A DNA stretch of 64,000 nucleotides from an uncultured Candidatus Babeliaceae bacterium (GCA_963704655.1 OY969927.1:832001-896000), one strand, 5' to 3'. Positions 29,380 to 40,043 are shown, numbered from the stretch's first letter. Notes: generated by a model from the sequence alone, not told the origin. Numbers and translations: made by a program.

Positions 29380-29568
29380 AATAAACCCCCAAAGTTACTA
29401 AAAAAACTTAATATAGTAATGATAGTAACAATATCAATTTATATTCTGCAATATAAAAATCACTCTTTATTACAGATCTCTTTTATATAAGCTATAAAAG
29501 CATCAACATCTTGCTCGCGGGAATCAAAAGCATTAAATTTATTGGCTAGCATTTACAACGGCTACAGA

Positions 29569-29898
29569 TTAAGTCTCTTGTCCAGCTCTGATAAGTGCTA
29601 AATGAGTAGCTATAAAGTGCGCATTCTCTTCAGTGCCTGCATACTGATATGCCCCTGCACCTTTATCTTTATTATGAATATAAAAATGATCCTCATAATC
29701 TATTTTTAATACCATGATAGGAACACCTCGATATGCCCGATAACGAATATCTAGGCCCACAAGCTCATTTGTGTAACTTAAATTTTTAGCTTGGGCAACA
29801 GTTAATTCATCCGGTATTTCAAATCTTTTTGATAAGCATGGCCCGGATACTATAGAGCTAGAAGATAAAATCGTTAAAAAAAATAATATTTTTTTCAT
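29569..29898 (-). CDS. Secreted hypothetical protein (one copy of a ~75-aa module)
   Basis: MKK signal peptide; related to 29962..30513. Confidence 0.75.
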   Translation of the reverse strand: MKKILFFLTILSSSSIVSGPCLSKRFEIPDELTVAQAKNLSYTNELVGLDIRYRAYRGVPIMVLKIDYEDHFYIHNKDKGAGAYQYAGTEENAHFIATHLALIRAGQET

Positions 29899-29961
29899 AA
29901 AATCTTTCTTAATTAAACTAAATTTATAGGTACATATATGGGTTACGTTACCCTAAGCAAC

Positions 29962-30513
29962 TTAATCTCGCTCGTTTAGCGTGCGCAATAAATTAGCAGC
30001 CATAGCCTTATCACCTAAGAACTTAAATATTTGATTCTCTTGAGCGATGTAGTAGCCGCTTTTCATATTATTACGTTCACAAAGCAGAACTTTCACGCCT
30101 TCTATCTCCTCCTCCACAATGGTAGGTGCAATAGAATATAATTCTGCAGCACTAATTTCATCCGGAAAAGATGGCTTCTTTTTTAATTGCTCGCAAAACC
30201 TTTGCTGAACACATGGCCAATCGCCAATAATTTTATATTTCTCCCAAGCTGGATCGTTTTTATCTGAAACATACAAATAATAAGCGCTTCCACTAATAGT
30301 AGAGGTACCCAATTGTTTTTGATTTTGTAAATGAACCAATATCACTCCCAATTTTTCTGCCTCTTCTGGGGCTCTCACGGTAGATATATATCGATTAGTG
30401 GCTATTTCATGCCGAGTTAATAATTCTGGGAGAGTCGCTTTGCGGCTTAAGTTGCCACCAGCTTGTAACTGCAAAGCAAGAAATGCTACGCCGAGATACA
30501 ATAATTTTTTCAT
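29962..30513 (-). CDS. Secreted hypothetical protein (two copies of the same module)
   Basis: MKK signal peptide; P(D/E).(L/I)(T/S)...GV....YY(L/I)....(Y/F)K..GD occurs twice. Confidence 0.75.
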   Translation of the reverse strand: MKKLLYLGVAFLALQLQAGGNLSRKATLPELLTRHEIATNRYISTVRAPEEAEKLGVILVHLQNQKQLGTSTISGSAYYLYVSDKNDPAWEKYKIIGDWPCVQQRFCEQLKKKPSFPDEISAAELYSIAPTIVEEEIEGVKVLLCERNNMKSGYYIAQENQIFKFLGDKAMAANLLRTLNERD

Positions 30514-30525
30514 AAAATCCCTTAA

Positions 30526-32034
30526 TTAAATTAAATTTATAGGTACATAGATTAAGCTGAATTCTTTTGCATATCCAGAAAGTTCTTTTATGATCTCTTG
30601 CGAAATATCAGCAGTTTCGGCGATTTTTTTATACAATTCAGGGTAACTTAGTTTAATGTACCCAACAAATTGCTGACTAAATTCACGAACCTGGGCAACT
30701 TTTATAGCATCCAAAAAGTTATATTTTAATAAGAATAACATAAGCACTTGGTCAACAAATAACATGGTTGCATGTTCATGCTGTTTTAGAAGCTCAACAA
30801 TGCGCGCACCGCGTGCAAGGCGTTCTTGCGAAACCGCATCAAGTTCAGAACCAAACTGCGAGAAGGCCAAAAGCTCATGATACTGTGCAAGTTCAATCTT
30901 TAAGGCACTTACCATCTTTTTCATAGCCCGAGTTTGGGCCGCACCACCAACACGCGAAACAGAAAGCTCAACATTAATCGCCGGACGCACACCACTATTA
31001 AAAAGTTTTGTATCTAAAAAGATCTGTCCGTCGGTGATCGAAATAAGATTTGTCGGAATATAGGCAGTAATATCATCACTTTGCACTTCTGCAATAGGTA
31101 ACGCCGTAATAGAACCGCCCGACTTAAATTTACCGGCACGTTCTAATAAACGGGAATGCAAATAAAAGACATCACCAGGATACGCTTCTCGGCCTGGCGA
31201 GCGACGCATTAACAGTGACATTTCACGGTAGGCAATTGCATGGTTACTTAAATCGTCATAAATAATTAATACATCTTTACCCTGATCTTTAAAATACTCT
31301 GCAATTGCACAACCAACATACGGTGCAAGGTATTTATCTAACGCAGGCTCACTGGCATCTGCACTAATAATCACGGTATATTCAAGCGCGCCGTACATAC
31401 GCAATGTATGAGCAAATCGTGCAAGGTTTGCTTGGCGCTGGCCAATAGATACAAAGATACAAATAACGTCTTTACCTTTTTGGTGCAATATCGTATCAAG
31501 AACAATAGACGTTTTTCCAGTGGACCGGTTACCAATAATAAGCTCGCGCTGCCCTTTACCAATGGGAATTAACGCATCAATAGCCAAAATACCCGTTTCG
31601 AGAGACTGATGTATTGGTGTTCGTTCTATAATGCCCGGTATTGCGATTTCAATCGGGCGATATTCACTTATTTGCAAATCACCAAGTCCATCGATGGGTA
31701 TTCCGATCGCACTCATGATGCGGCCAAGTAACCCATTTCCAGTAGGTGCTTTAAATACGGTGCCCGTTCGTTTAACAATTTCAAGTTCAGCCACAGCGAT
31801 ATGTGCATAAAGCAAAAAAATGGTAACAGAATCGTCATCAAGGTCGAATATGATCCCCTTGTTTCCACCTTCAAACTCAACAAGCTCACCATACACTGCC
31901 TTGCTTAAACCATAGGCGGTACAAGAAGCATCACCCACTTGAACCACTTTACCAATTTCAGCAAACTCTACATTCTCGTTTTTTGCAAAAGATTGTTCAA
32001 AAAGAGCTATTATATCTGCACTTTTAATATCCAT
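30526..32034 (-). CDS. atpA: F1 ATP synthase subunit alpha
   Basis: PIGKGQRELIIG..STGKT, PGREAYPGDVFYLHSRLLERA, SVSRVGG. Confidence 0.98.
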   Translation of the reverse strand: MDIKSADIIALFEQSFAKNENVEFAEIGKVVQVGDASCTAYGLSKAVYGELVEFEGGNKGIIFDLDDDSVTIFLLYAHIAVAELEIVKRTGTVFKAPTGNGLLGRIMSAIGIPIDGLGDLQISEYRPIEIAIPGIIERTPIHQSLETGILAIDALIPIGKGQRELIIGNRSTGKTSIVLDTILHQKGKDVICIFVSIGQRQANLARFAHTLRMYGALEYTVIISADASEPALDKYLAPYVGCAIAEYFKDQGKDVLIIYDDLSNHAIAYREMSLLMRRSPGREAYPGDVFYLHSRLLERAGKFKSGGSITALPIAEVQSDDITAYIPTNLISITDGQIFLDTKLFNSGVRPAINVELSVSRVGGAAQTRAMKKMVSALKIELAQYHELLAFSQFGSELDAVSQERLARGARIVELLKQHEHATMLFVDQVLMLFLLKYNFLDAIKVAQVREFSQQFVGYIKLSYPELYKKIAETADISQEIIKELSGYAKEFSLIYVPINLI

Positions 32035-32040
32035 AATTTT

Positions 32041-32595
32041 TTAACCTTTGTAACAGAATGCTTTAATTTTTTGAGCGAACGTTGACTCCCACAGATAATC
32101 TTGCGAAATGATTTTCATACCTGCAATAAGCTGAGGATCAACTTCAAATTCCGCATCGATTTTTTTGCCCGTTAATGCCTTGAAACTTTCAATAATTTCT
32201 TTTTGCTGATCCACCGTCACCGCATCTGCCGTTATAATGGTAGCATGCTGATAACCAATAACATTAAAAAAGCGTAATACTATCAACGAAATAATGCCAG
32301 GCAAGAAAGACAACCGCTCATGATCAGCTAAAATAGTTATCAACTGTTCAACTGCCTGTATCAGTTCAGGACGAGCATGTGGGGCTTTATAAGAAAATGC
32401 TTTTATATACAAAACCACCTGTTTTTCATGTTCTACAATTGCATGATGCGCAAAGAACGCTAATGTATGATGATGTTTTAAAAAATAAGCAAATGCTGAC
32501 AAGGCCTCAAGATCAACCGGCTGCAAATGCTCTTTATAAATTTGCAAGAAAGCGCGCGTATATTTTTTTATAATCTGCTGACGTGGCGTTTTCAT
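32041..32595 (-). CDS. atpH: ATP synthase subunit delta
   Basis: Directly upstream of atpA; KKYTRAF N-terminus and VDPQLIAG C-terminal motif. Confidence 0.85.
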   Translation of the reverse strand: MKTPRQQIIKKYTRAFLQIYKEHLQPVDLEALSAFAYFLKHHHTLAFFAHHAIVEHEKQVVLYIKAFSYKAPHARPELIQAVEQLITILADHERLSFLPGIISLIVLRFFNVIGYQHATIITADAVTVDQQKEIIESFKALTGKKIDAEFEVDPQLIAGMKIISQDYLWESTFAQKIKAFCYKG

Positions 32596-33104
32596 GCTTT
32601 ACTCTTAGATTCAGAATTGCCTGGTTGAGCCTGTTCTTTTAATGCTTTAATTGCGCCTTCAAGATACTGTTTACCATTTTCTTTACAATAACGAGTAAGC
32701 TCGCAACGAACTTCTTGAATAACATCTGGAGCAAGTTCGTTATAAGCATGCTGTAACTTACGCCTGTAAGCTATTATTTTCTGCTGTTCTGCGTATTCAG
32801 CTTGAACACGAGTCTGCTGCTGTGCTCGTTCATGTGCAAGCTTTTCATTAAGCTCATGCGCTTGTTTCTGTTGCTGAGAAATTTTTCTAAATAATGTTGT
32901 CAGATAATCTACCTGTTGTCTGAACGTTTGCATAAATATCTGAACCGTGGAAAGTTTTTGCTGTAATTGCACCATTAATGCACGTTGCTGCTGTTGCTCT
33001 TGTAGTAAATATGGCCGCACAAACTTTTTGTAAATCATCCAAACCAAGTAGATATAAAGAGCATAATGGGCACATAAAAAGAAGATATTTATGATACTAT
33101 TCAT
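32592..33104 (-). CDS. atpF: ATP synthase subunit b (divergent)
   Basis: N-terminal TM, KKFVRP, coiled coil; operon position. Confidence 0.7.
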   Translation of the reverse strand: MNSIINIFFLCAHYALYIYLVWMIYKKFVRPYLLQEQQQQRALMVQLQQKLSTVQIFMQTFRQQVDYLTTLFRKISQQQKQAHELNEKLAHERAQQQTRVQAEYAEQQKIIAYRRKLQHAYNELAPDVIQEVRCELTRYCKENGKQYLEGAIKALKEQAQPGNSESKSKA

Positions 33105-33531
33105 GAATAATCCGCTTTTTTAGATATTCAGAAAGCTCTTTAACAAGCTCTTTTTTTGCCTGTTCAGAATAAACTTCTTCCAAGTGCCTTTCTGCCGCTA
33201 ACCCTTGCGTAGGCTCAGGATGAGCGGGCTTGCCGCTCGTGGTGAGCCCTTCGAAGCGGCTCAGGATAAACTCCGTCGAACCATGCGGCGCCATATGAGC
33301 AGATCGAATAAGCTCATCTTGAAGCGCGGCAAGTTCTGCCGCTTTTTCTTGGCGCTGAGTATTAAGCTCTTCCTGCTGTTGAACAGCAGCATTTTTAAGA
33401 GCAGCACGCTCAGAGTCAATTTTCATAACCAAAGCATAGGCAGGCTTTAAAAAAAATTTTGAAAGTATCCAGTAGGCACACAGAAAATGAACCATCTGTA
33501 TGACTAATGTCGCATCAAGCACTGAAGGCAT
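33097..33531 (-). CDS. ATP synthase subunit b' (divergent, with in-frame REP insert)
   Basis: LDATLVIQMVHFL...KFFLKP typical b-type N-terminus. Confidence 0.75.
   Translation of the reverse strand: MPSVLDATLVIQMVHFLCAYWILSKFFLKPAYALVMKIDSERAALKNAAVQQQEELNTQRQEKAAELAALQDELIRSAHMAPHGSTEFILSRFEGLTTSGKPAHPEPTQGLAAERHLEEVYSEQAKKELVKELSEYLKKRIIHE
33201..33289. repeat. REP-like family B, composite, intragenic
   Basis: GGCTCAGGATGAGCGG plus CCGCTCGTGGTGAGC...GTCGAACCATGCGG. Confidence 0.85.
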
Positions 33532-33769
33532 AATAGATCAAAGCAGCAGCAACACCAACAGCAGCAAGTGACGATGTTTCGATAATAGCCAAGGACGTAA
33601 TCAAAACTGGAAAAAGCTTTGAACTACTTTCTGGATATTTGGCGACATTTTCACAAGCCTTTGAGCCAACGATACCCTGAGATATTGCAGGACCCATAGT
33701 ACCTATTGCAACAGCGAAAGCAGCACCTAATAATGCCGCGATTTTTACATAAGAGACAAATTCTTCCAT
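33515..33769 (-). CDS. atpE: ATP synthase subunit c
   Basis: Two TM helices, GPAISQG and IIETS with the ion-binding Glu. Confidence 0.93.
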   Translation of the reverse strand: MEEFVSYVKIAALLGAAFAVAIGTMGPAISQGIVGSKACENVAKYPESSSKLFPVLITSLAIIETSSLAAVGVAAALIYYAFSA

Positions 33770-33973
33770 AGAGCACCTTATATAAAGTAGACTTTTTTAT
33801 GAGCTATATAGTGTAACTATAAACCCTTTAAGTAGAAAAATCGATCTTTTATATAATTTTTTTTAATTTTTGTAAAATGCAAAAAAACATGATAGGCTCA
33901 AGACTCCTTCTAGATCGTTATTTTTACGATAAGCATACCAAATATCTATGCATTTTAACGCTGTAAAGAACGT

Positions 33974-35659
33974 ATGAAAACAAAAAAAATTCTAATTTTA
34001 TTGTGCTTCATAGTAAGCACACGGTCATATTCGAAAGAAATTTCCCCCATCTCCACCCTGGATTTTGACGAGATTAGTCTAGATACCCTGGATGATGAAT
34101 TTAATTCCCAATATGACAAAGAAATATCGCAACTATTACAAAAGTCATGTGCAAGCAGTTGCCCAACACCAAGCCCTTCAGATCTTGTGCAATTGGTAAC
34201 AACCGGGGTACTTTTTCCTCTCAAGCTTCAAAATCTTCTTCTATTTAATCCGTATAATTATACCTATCCTCCCGTTATTAGAAATTTACACGATCTGCCA
34301 AGCTTACGCCCATGGTACGGCTGCGAAGATACGCTATGCTTGTATGGCACATTCTTTTTAAATGAAATGTTCCACGCCAATTTTACTCACTGCGGAACAC
34401 ATCTTAAAGATTACTTATTTATTGCAGAAGAGGACGCTCTGGTTGGCGAACTTTCAAGTGCATTGCCAAACATTGCCCAAATAGTGCCTCTTTTTAATAC
34501 TGCACGGCTCCAAATGCACCGTCTTGGGGTTATGCTTGGCGCCTCTAAATGCTTTGGCAACTTGCGCTTTAATGCTGCTGTACCGGTCTATTATGCAGCC
34601 TGGAATTTTTATCTCACTCCAGATCAAGTTGACGCGCTTAATAACACACCATTTTTTAATGGCGGACAACCACTTCCAAATGACCAAGTTCAAACTGTTG
34701 GATTTGCTGTCTTTGATCCGAACACCTTTATAAACAGATATCTTGTAAGTGATAAATTTGGCATTGGGGATATACGCTTATACCTCGATTATCTTTTCTG
34801 TGGTGAGACACAGTGCCCATTTAGAATTGGTGGACAACTCACGTTGCCAAACAACACGGTAATACGCCATTCAATTATGGGAAATCAATTTAGTAAATGC
34901 TACCCCGGACCTGGATTAAACCTTGCCCAAATTGCTGAGCTTGTTTGCTGTGTAGGTGCTAATGATAACCCTGATTCACTTGTCGCTAAAAATGAACTTG
35001 CCGCACTTGGGCAAAGTTATGGATTACAATTTCTTGAACGCTTAAGCGCGACAGTTATAGAAAATCAACTGGGTCAGCGCTATGTAAGTTATGGCACACT
35101 GTTTGAAAGCTGGGCCGGCATAACAGATTACACCAATTTATGTATATTTTTTGAGTGGGACCAGTTTGTTAAAGGACGTGAGGATAGACCGGTAAGACTT
35201 GTTCTTACACCAAGTCAATCACTTGACCGCGATTACGCCAATGAGGACCTTGCAAATGATAACCTTACCTTCTTGCAACAGCGCACGATGAACCTTCTCT
35301 TTCCCCCTATTGCAAATGTTCAAGTTAAAGAAGGTGATATTTTCAAGTTCCGTGTTTATTCGCAAACAAATTGGCGCGTTGTGCAATGGGATATTGGTTA
35401 CGATCTCTGGTACCAAGCACAAGAACAAGTACTTACTTGCTGCAGCTGTGCGTTACCTAATGCGCAATTAGATATTCTTTCTGCAGCTCGCCCTGCCGCA
35501 TTACAAGGTAAAATATTTGGACATTTTAATGTTATAAAAGCTCCCGATAATGAAGAAGATTTTAGTTGGCGCCTGGGCCTTAAAGGCGAAGGAACCGTTA
35601 ATAATTACGGAATCGGCAAAGATTGGCTGATTGGCATAGACTTTGTTGCCGATTTTTAA
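33974..35659 (+). CDS. Secreted, possibly outer-membrane beta-barrel protein
   Basis: Signal peptide, amphipathic strands, C-terminal Phe (IGIDFVADF). Confidence 0.7.
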   Translation: MKTKKILILLCFIVSTRSYSKEISPISTLDFDEISLDTLDDEFNSQYDKEISQLLQKSCASSCPTPSPSDLVQLVTTGVLFPLKLQNLLLFNPYNYTYPPVIRNLHDLPSLRPWYGCEDTLCLYGTFFLNEMFHANFTHCGTHLKDYLFIAEEDALVGELSSALPNIAQIVPLFNTARLQMHRLGVMLGASKCFGNLRFNAAVPVYYAAWNFYLTPDQVDALNNTPFFNGGQPLPNDQVQTVGFAVFDPNTFINRYLVSDKFGIGDIRLYLDYLFCGETQCPFRIGGQLTLPNNTVIRHSIMGNQFSKCYPGPGLNLAQIAELVCCVGANDNPDSLVAKNELAALGQSYGLQFLERLSATVIENQLGQRYVSYGTLFESWAGITDYTNLCIFFEWDQFVKGREDRPVRLVLTPSQSLDRDYANEDLANDNLTFLQQRTMNLLFPPIANVQVKEGDIFKFRVYSQTNWRVVQWDIGYDLWYQAQEQVLTCCSCALPNAQLDILSAARPAALQGKIFGHFNVIKAPDNEEDFSWRLGLKGEGTVNNYGIGKDWLIGIDFVADF

Positions 35660-35695
35660 AAATTATACAGCCCTTTTACACTAAGGAAACAGATT

Positions 35696-36322
35696 ATGAA
35701 TAAAAAAATTCTTCTTATTTCTGCGCTCTATGCGCTACCGTGCTTTGCAAAAGATCAAATTCAGATTAACGAACCTGTAACTGGTCACGCTGAAGAGCCT
35801 ATAACGTTAGAAATAGCGGGTCTTGGCGCACTTGACCATAGCGGCATGGTAAACATTAGCAAGATTGCCGAATTTCGCGGCAAAGTTCATGGACTTATTA
35901 ATCATGTTTTTAAAGCTAAGGACCATGCATATATTTTACAAGAGTTTGTTGATTTGGAAATTGAAGGGAATCTTGACCCAGAGTTACAAAAAAAACTTTT
36001 TGATGCCTATACCAAAAAATTCTTGCAAATCTCACATTCATACTTTAATGACATTCGTCACCTTAAACCGATTCTTGTTAAAATTCTTTCTATTTGGGCA
36101 CATCAGCGCAATAGAACCGATTCATTAGTGCTGCTGTGGGCCACTATAGAAAATGGCAAAGAAGAACAATTTGTTAAAGAATATACCCCAACATTACAGG
36201 CTTTTTATACATTTTTATCTGATATTGATATGCTGTTACAAGATATTATGCATAGTTGCCCCAAGGCATACGCAAAATATCTTGAAGCTAAAAAAATAGT
36301 TGAAGAACAGCACCATAAGTAA
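35696..36322 (+). CDS. Secreted hypothetical protein
   Basis: AAGGA RBS, signal peptide. Confidence 0.75.
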   Translation: MNKKILLISALYALPCFAKDQIQINEPVTGHAEEPITLEIAGLGALDHSGMVNISKIAEFRGKVHGLINHVFKAKDHAYILQEFVDLEIEGNLDPELQKKLFDAYTKKFLQISHSYFNDIRHLKPILVKILSIWAHQRNRTDSLVLLWATIENGKEEQFVKEYTPTLQAFYTFLSDIDMLLQDIMHSCPKAYAKYLEAKKIVEEQHHK

Positions 36323-36344
36323 AATAAAAAAGAAAATTATCTTC

Positions 36345-38516
36345 ATGAGTGAACCGCAAACGGCACCTATTAAAATCTCGGGAACCATTGACCGGTTTAT
36401 CTACCATAACCAAGAAAATGGCTACGCCGTCTGCGTTGTTACTATTGAAAAGCAGCAATCTGTTACCGCTGCAGGCATTTTACCCCATACAACTGCCGGC
36501 CAAGAGGTCGAGCTTTTTGGTGAATGGGTGATGCATAAAAAATTTGGTCGCCAATTTGCTATAACCCAGTGTGTTCAAAAAATACCCTCTTCAATCACCG
36601 GGCTTAAAAAATATTTAGGCTCTGGGCTCATAAAGGGCATCGGCAAATCGTATGCAGAAAAGCTTGTTGACCATTTTGGTGACAAAATTTTACAAGTTAT
36701 CGAAGAACATCCGCGACGTTTACAAGAAGTTGCGGGTATCGGTGAAAAACGCGCTGAGCTCATAACGCAATCTTTTGCCGAACATAAAGAGGTTGCCCAT
36801 ATCATGGTCTTTTTACAAGGTTACGGTATATCGCCAGCTTATGCTGCAAAAATCTATAAACAGTACCGTGGCCGCACCATTGATATTCTTAAAGAAAATC
36901 CATACCGGCTTGCAGATGAAGTGTGGGGAATCGGCTTTAAACTTGCCGATGAAATCGCATTAAAATTAGGCTTTCAAAAAGATACCCCAAAGCGCATCTG
37001 TGCAGGGATTATTTATGCATTTCAGCTCAATGCGCAATCTGGCCATAGCTATACACTGCGCGAAGAGCTTATTACAAAAGCTGCACAACTTTTAGAATGT
37101 GATACTGACACGGTAACAACTTCACTTGAAGATTTACTTGCGCAAGAACGCATTAAGCAGATAATTTTTCATGGAAAACAGTACTGTGCGCTTATGGCAC
37201 ACTATAACGCCGAACGCTCTGTAGCGCAAAAAATACGTGACCTGTTAAGTTATCAACATGCCAATACCGTCGATAGCGCAAGCGTTTATTCGAAGTTACT
37301 CACGCAAAAACCGGGCGAAATTGCACTTAATGAAGATCAGCAACGTGGCATTATGACAATCTTTCAGCAAAAAGTTACGGTAATTACTGGTGGCCCGGGA
37401 ACAGGGAAAACGACACTTATTCGAAAATTGTTATCGATATTAGAAGAAGAAAAGATATCCTATAAACTTGCAGCACCAACCGGGCGCGCAGCAAAACGTA
37501 TCACCGAACAAACGGGCAGATTTGCAACAACGTTGCACAGATTACTTGAAATCGACCCACAAACATTTTCTTTTGTGCATAATGAATCGAATGCCTTAAA
37601 GTTACAAATGCTTATTGTTGATGAAAGTTCAATGATCGATATTTTTCTTGCAAATGCGTTATTAAAAGCTTTACCGATGCACGCATCGGTGATATTTCTA
37701 GGCGATATTGATCAGCTGCCATCTGTCGGCCCAGGAAATTTTTTAGCAGACTGTCTTGCAAGCAGCACGATCGCACGCATACGATTAACGCATATATTTC
37801 GGCAGGCACAAAATAGCTTGATCACATTAAATGCGCATCGCATCATTACTGGGCAAGCACCTGTCAAATCGAGCCCCGACACACGCAATGATTTTATATT
37901 TATTAATGAGCCCGAACCAGAAAATCTATTTAACCAGATCACTCAGTGCTATAAAACGCACTTTAAAATACATGGCATCGCGCAAGAAAACAGTGTTATT
38001 TTAACGCCCATGAACCGCGGTGTTGCAGGCAATTTTACGCTTAACCATAACTTGCAGCAATTTTTAAATGGCGCACCGGGAAAATCTGTTTCACAGGGAA
38101 ATACAACATTTAAAGTTCATGACAAAGTTATGCAAATTCGTAACAATTACGAAAAAATGGTCTTTAATGGCGACTGTGGCAACGTAGAAGATATTGACCA
38201 TCAAGAAGAGATGGTCACCATACTTTTTGGAGATAAACCTGTTCTTTATGGCTTTGATGAGTTACATGAACTTATTTTAGCCTATAGTATGACGATTCAT
38301 AAAAGTCAGGGCTCTGAGTATGACGCGGTAATTATACCCCTTTTTATGCAACATTACATGCTTCTTGCACGAAATTTATTATATACGGCAATCACGCGTG
38401 CCAAAAAATTATGTATCATTATCGGTCAACCTAAAGCTGTTCATTGTGCATTGGCACAAGCAAGAACAGTGCAACGAGTAACTTTTTTAACACAGTATAT
38501 CGATGGCACTTTATAA
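36345..38516 (+). CDS. recD2: RecD2-type SF1B helicase
   Basis: YLGSGLIKGIG HhH, NPYRL, GGPGTGKT, APTGRAA, VDESSM, GDIDQLPSVG, TIHKSQGSE; ATG at 36345 preferred as start. Confidence 0.96.
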   Translation: MSEPQTAPIKISGTIDRFIYHNQENGYAVCVVTIEKQQSVTAAGILPHTTAGQEVELFGEWVMHKKFGRQFAITQCVQKIPSSITGLKKYLGSGLIKGIGKSYAEKLVDHFGDKILQVIEEHPRRLQEVAGIGEKRAELITQSFAEHKEVAHIMVFLQGYGISPAYAAKIYKQYRGRTIDILKENPYRLADEVWGIGFKLADEIALKLGFQKDTPKRICAGIIYAFQLNAQSGHSYTLREELITKAAQLLECDTDTVTTSLEDLLAQERIKQIIFHGKQYCALMAHYNAERSVAQKIRDLLSYQHANTVDSASVYSKLLTQKPGEIALNEDQQRGIMTIFQQKVTVITGGPGTGKTTLIRKLLSILEEEKISYKLAAPTGRAAKRITEQTGRFATTLHRLLEIDPQTFSFVHNESNALKLQMLIVDESSMIDIFLANALLKALPMHASVIFLGDIDQLPSVGPGNFLADCLASSTIARIRLTHIFRQAQNSLITLNAHRIITGQAPVKSSPDTRNDFIFINEPEPENLFNQITQCYKTHFKIHGIAQENSVILTPMNRGVAGNFTLNHNLQQFLNGAPGKSVSQGNTTFKVHDKVMQIRNNYEKMVFNGDCGNVEDIDHQEEMVTILFGDKPVLYGFDELHELILAYSMTIHKSQGSEYDAVIIPLFMQHYMLLARNLLYTAITRAKKLCIIIGQPKAVHCALAQARTVQRVTFLTQYIDGTL

Positions 38517-39684
38517 GGGACTCTTATTACTGTTATTTACCAGCTTAGCTTTTGTATGCGGTGCTTTGTGGTACGCTGTACATACGGAAATTATTATTTT
38601 TAGTGTTCCTGCTTTTGCAGAATTTACGGTACAACAAACAGATAAAAAAACGATAGCGCTTTTTTGGTACACAGAAAAAGAAAAAATTGAAGAAAATAGC
38701 GATTGTATCTGGTCCAAAAGCAACAGTCAAAATATCAACACCGTTATTTCAACCTGGCTCTCGTGCATGCAAGATGAAGATTTGCTTGATAAGCGCATTA
38801 AACTCGAAGCGGTTGCACTTACTCCTGCAGGTAATGAAGCATGCGTATCATTTTCGCATACTCTTTTTGAACAACAGCAGAATAGTATAAAAAAATGGTA
38901 TATTCTTGAGTCTCTTTTTGCTACCTTAAAGCCGCTTTTTCCAGAACTTAAAATTATTCGATTACTTGTGCATTACCAACCACTTTATGATGAACAAATC
39001 GATTGTTCGGTGAGCCTGCCTATTACCACATTTATGCAAGATAATGAAATTAAAGCAAAATCATGGCCTGCCCTTCGAAGCTTTAGCGAAGTAGGGCACC
39101 AAAATAAGCAGAAATATACGCTGGTTATCCACCCTGCTGGTGATAAAAACAAAACGGGCCGTGTTATTGCGCGCGAATTTGAACGCAAACTTACGCGCCA
39201 ATTAGCACAAGAAATTAAGCAGATGTTAGAAAGTTCAGGGCAATTCACCGTAGCTATTACGCATGATATTGGCCAACAGATTGAGCAAGAAGAATCTGCT
39301 TCACGAGCAAATAGACTTTGTGCCGATGCGTATATACATTTGAACTGTTTTGAAAGTAAAAAGATATTGCCAGAAATAATCTGTTATTTCCCGCTGTATA
39401 ACCCGGCAACGGATTTTTGGCATAAAAAAAGAGACCCGTTAAGTCTCCAACCCATTGATAAAGCATATCTTACTAACATTAATGTCAGCTTAGCATTATG
39501 CAAAACTATCACTGAAAATCTCAAAATTATTGGCGACCAAAGGTATATTATTCATCGCCCTTATGGACTGCCACTTACACCACTCATTGGCGTTCAAACA
39601 CCAAGCTGCGTTATTGAGTGCGGCATACAAAAGCCCGAGCACATTACAGAAATTGCTTCCATAATCGCCCGGGCTTTAATTTAA
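38503..39684 (+). CDS. Membrane-anchored GerMN-like + Amidase_3-like fusion (amidase probably degenerate)
   Basis: N-terminal TM; LVIHPAGD in place of IDPGHG; RANRLCADAYIHL; PSCVIECG. Confidence 0.7.
   Translation: MALYKGLLLLLFTSLAFVCGALWYAVHTEIIIFSVPAFAEFTVQQTDKKTIALFWYTEKEKIEENSDCIWSKSNSQNINTVISTWLSCMQDEDLLDKRIKLEAVALTPAGNEACVSFSHTLFEQQQNSIKKWYILESLFATLKPLFPELKIIRLLVHYQPLYDEQIDCSVSLPITTFMQDNEIKAKSWPALRSFSEVGHQNKQKYTLVIHPAGDKNKTGRVIAREFERKLTRQLAQEIKQMLESSGQFTVAITHDIGQQIEQEESASRANRLCADAYIHLNCFESKKILPEIICYFPLYNPATDFWHKKRDPLSLQPIDKAYLTNINVSLALCKTITENLKIIGDQRYIIHRPYGLPLTPLIGVQTPSCVIECGIQKPEHITEIASIIARALI
39065..39096. repeat. REP-like palindrome, family A (identical copy at 57314-57345)
   Basis: GGCCTGCCCTTCGAAGCTTTAGCGAAGTAGGG, 32/32 identical. 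Confidence 0.9.
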
Positions 39685-39703
39685 ATGTGATATATAAAAA
39701 AAG

Positions 39704-40015
39704 TTATGAAGCAGGTTCTAAAGATATCTTTGAAGCCTGATATGCCCAAACGCCAAAAAGCGTTGCGAAACTTAACTCTAAAAGGGCTAATGGCGAACCA
39801 TTCTGCATATCGATAATACCTTTAAAGGCCAAAACTACAGATAAGATAGCTTCAACTGCACCATCGTCAATAATTTCTTGCTTTTCAACGGCTTTTTTCC
39901 ATTCATCAACAATAGGAGTCCGATCACTCAAATTGGTAATCCTGGCTGCCGCCTGAACTGAAGTACCTAATCCAAAAGTTATAATACTTATTAAAACTAA
40001 TAATGCTTTTTTCAT
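39704..40015 (-). CDS. Small secreted protein with C-terminal hydrophobic hairpin
   Basis: MKK signal peptide; member of a six-gene array. Confidence 0.75.
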   Translation of the reverse strand: MKKALLVLISIITFGLGTSVQAAARITNLSDRTPIVDEWKKAVEKQEIIDDGAVEAILSVVLAFKGIIDMQNGSPLALLELSFATLFGVWAYQASKISLEPAS

Positions 40016-40043
40016 AATTTTCCTTATAAATTATAAAATTTTG

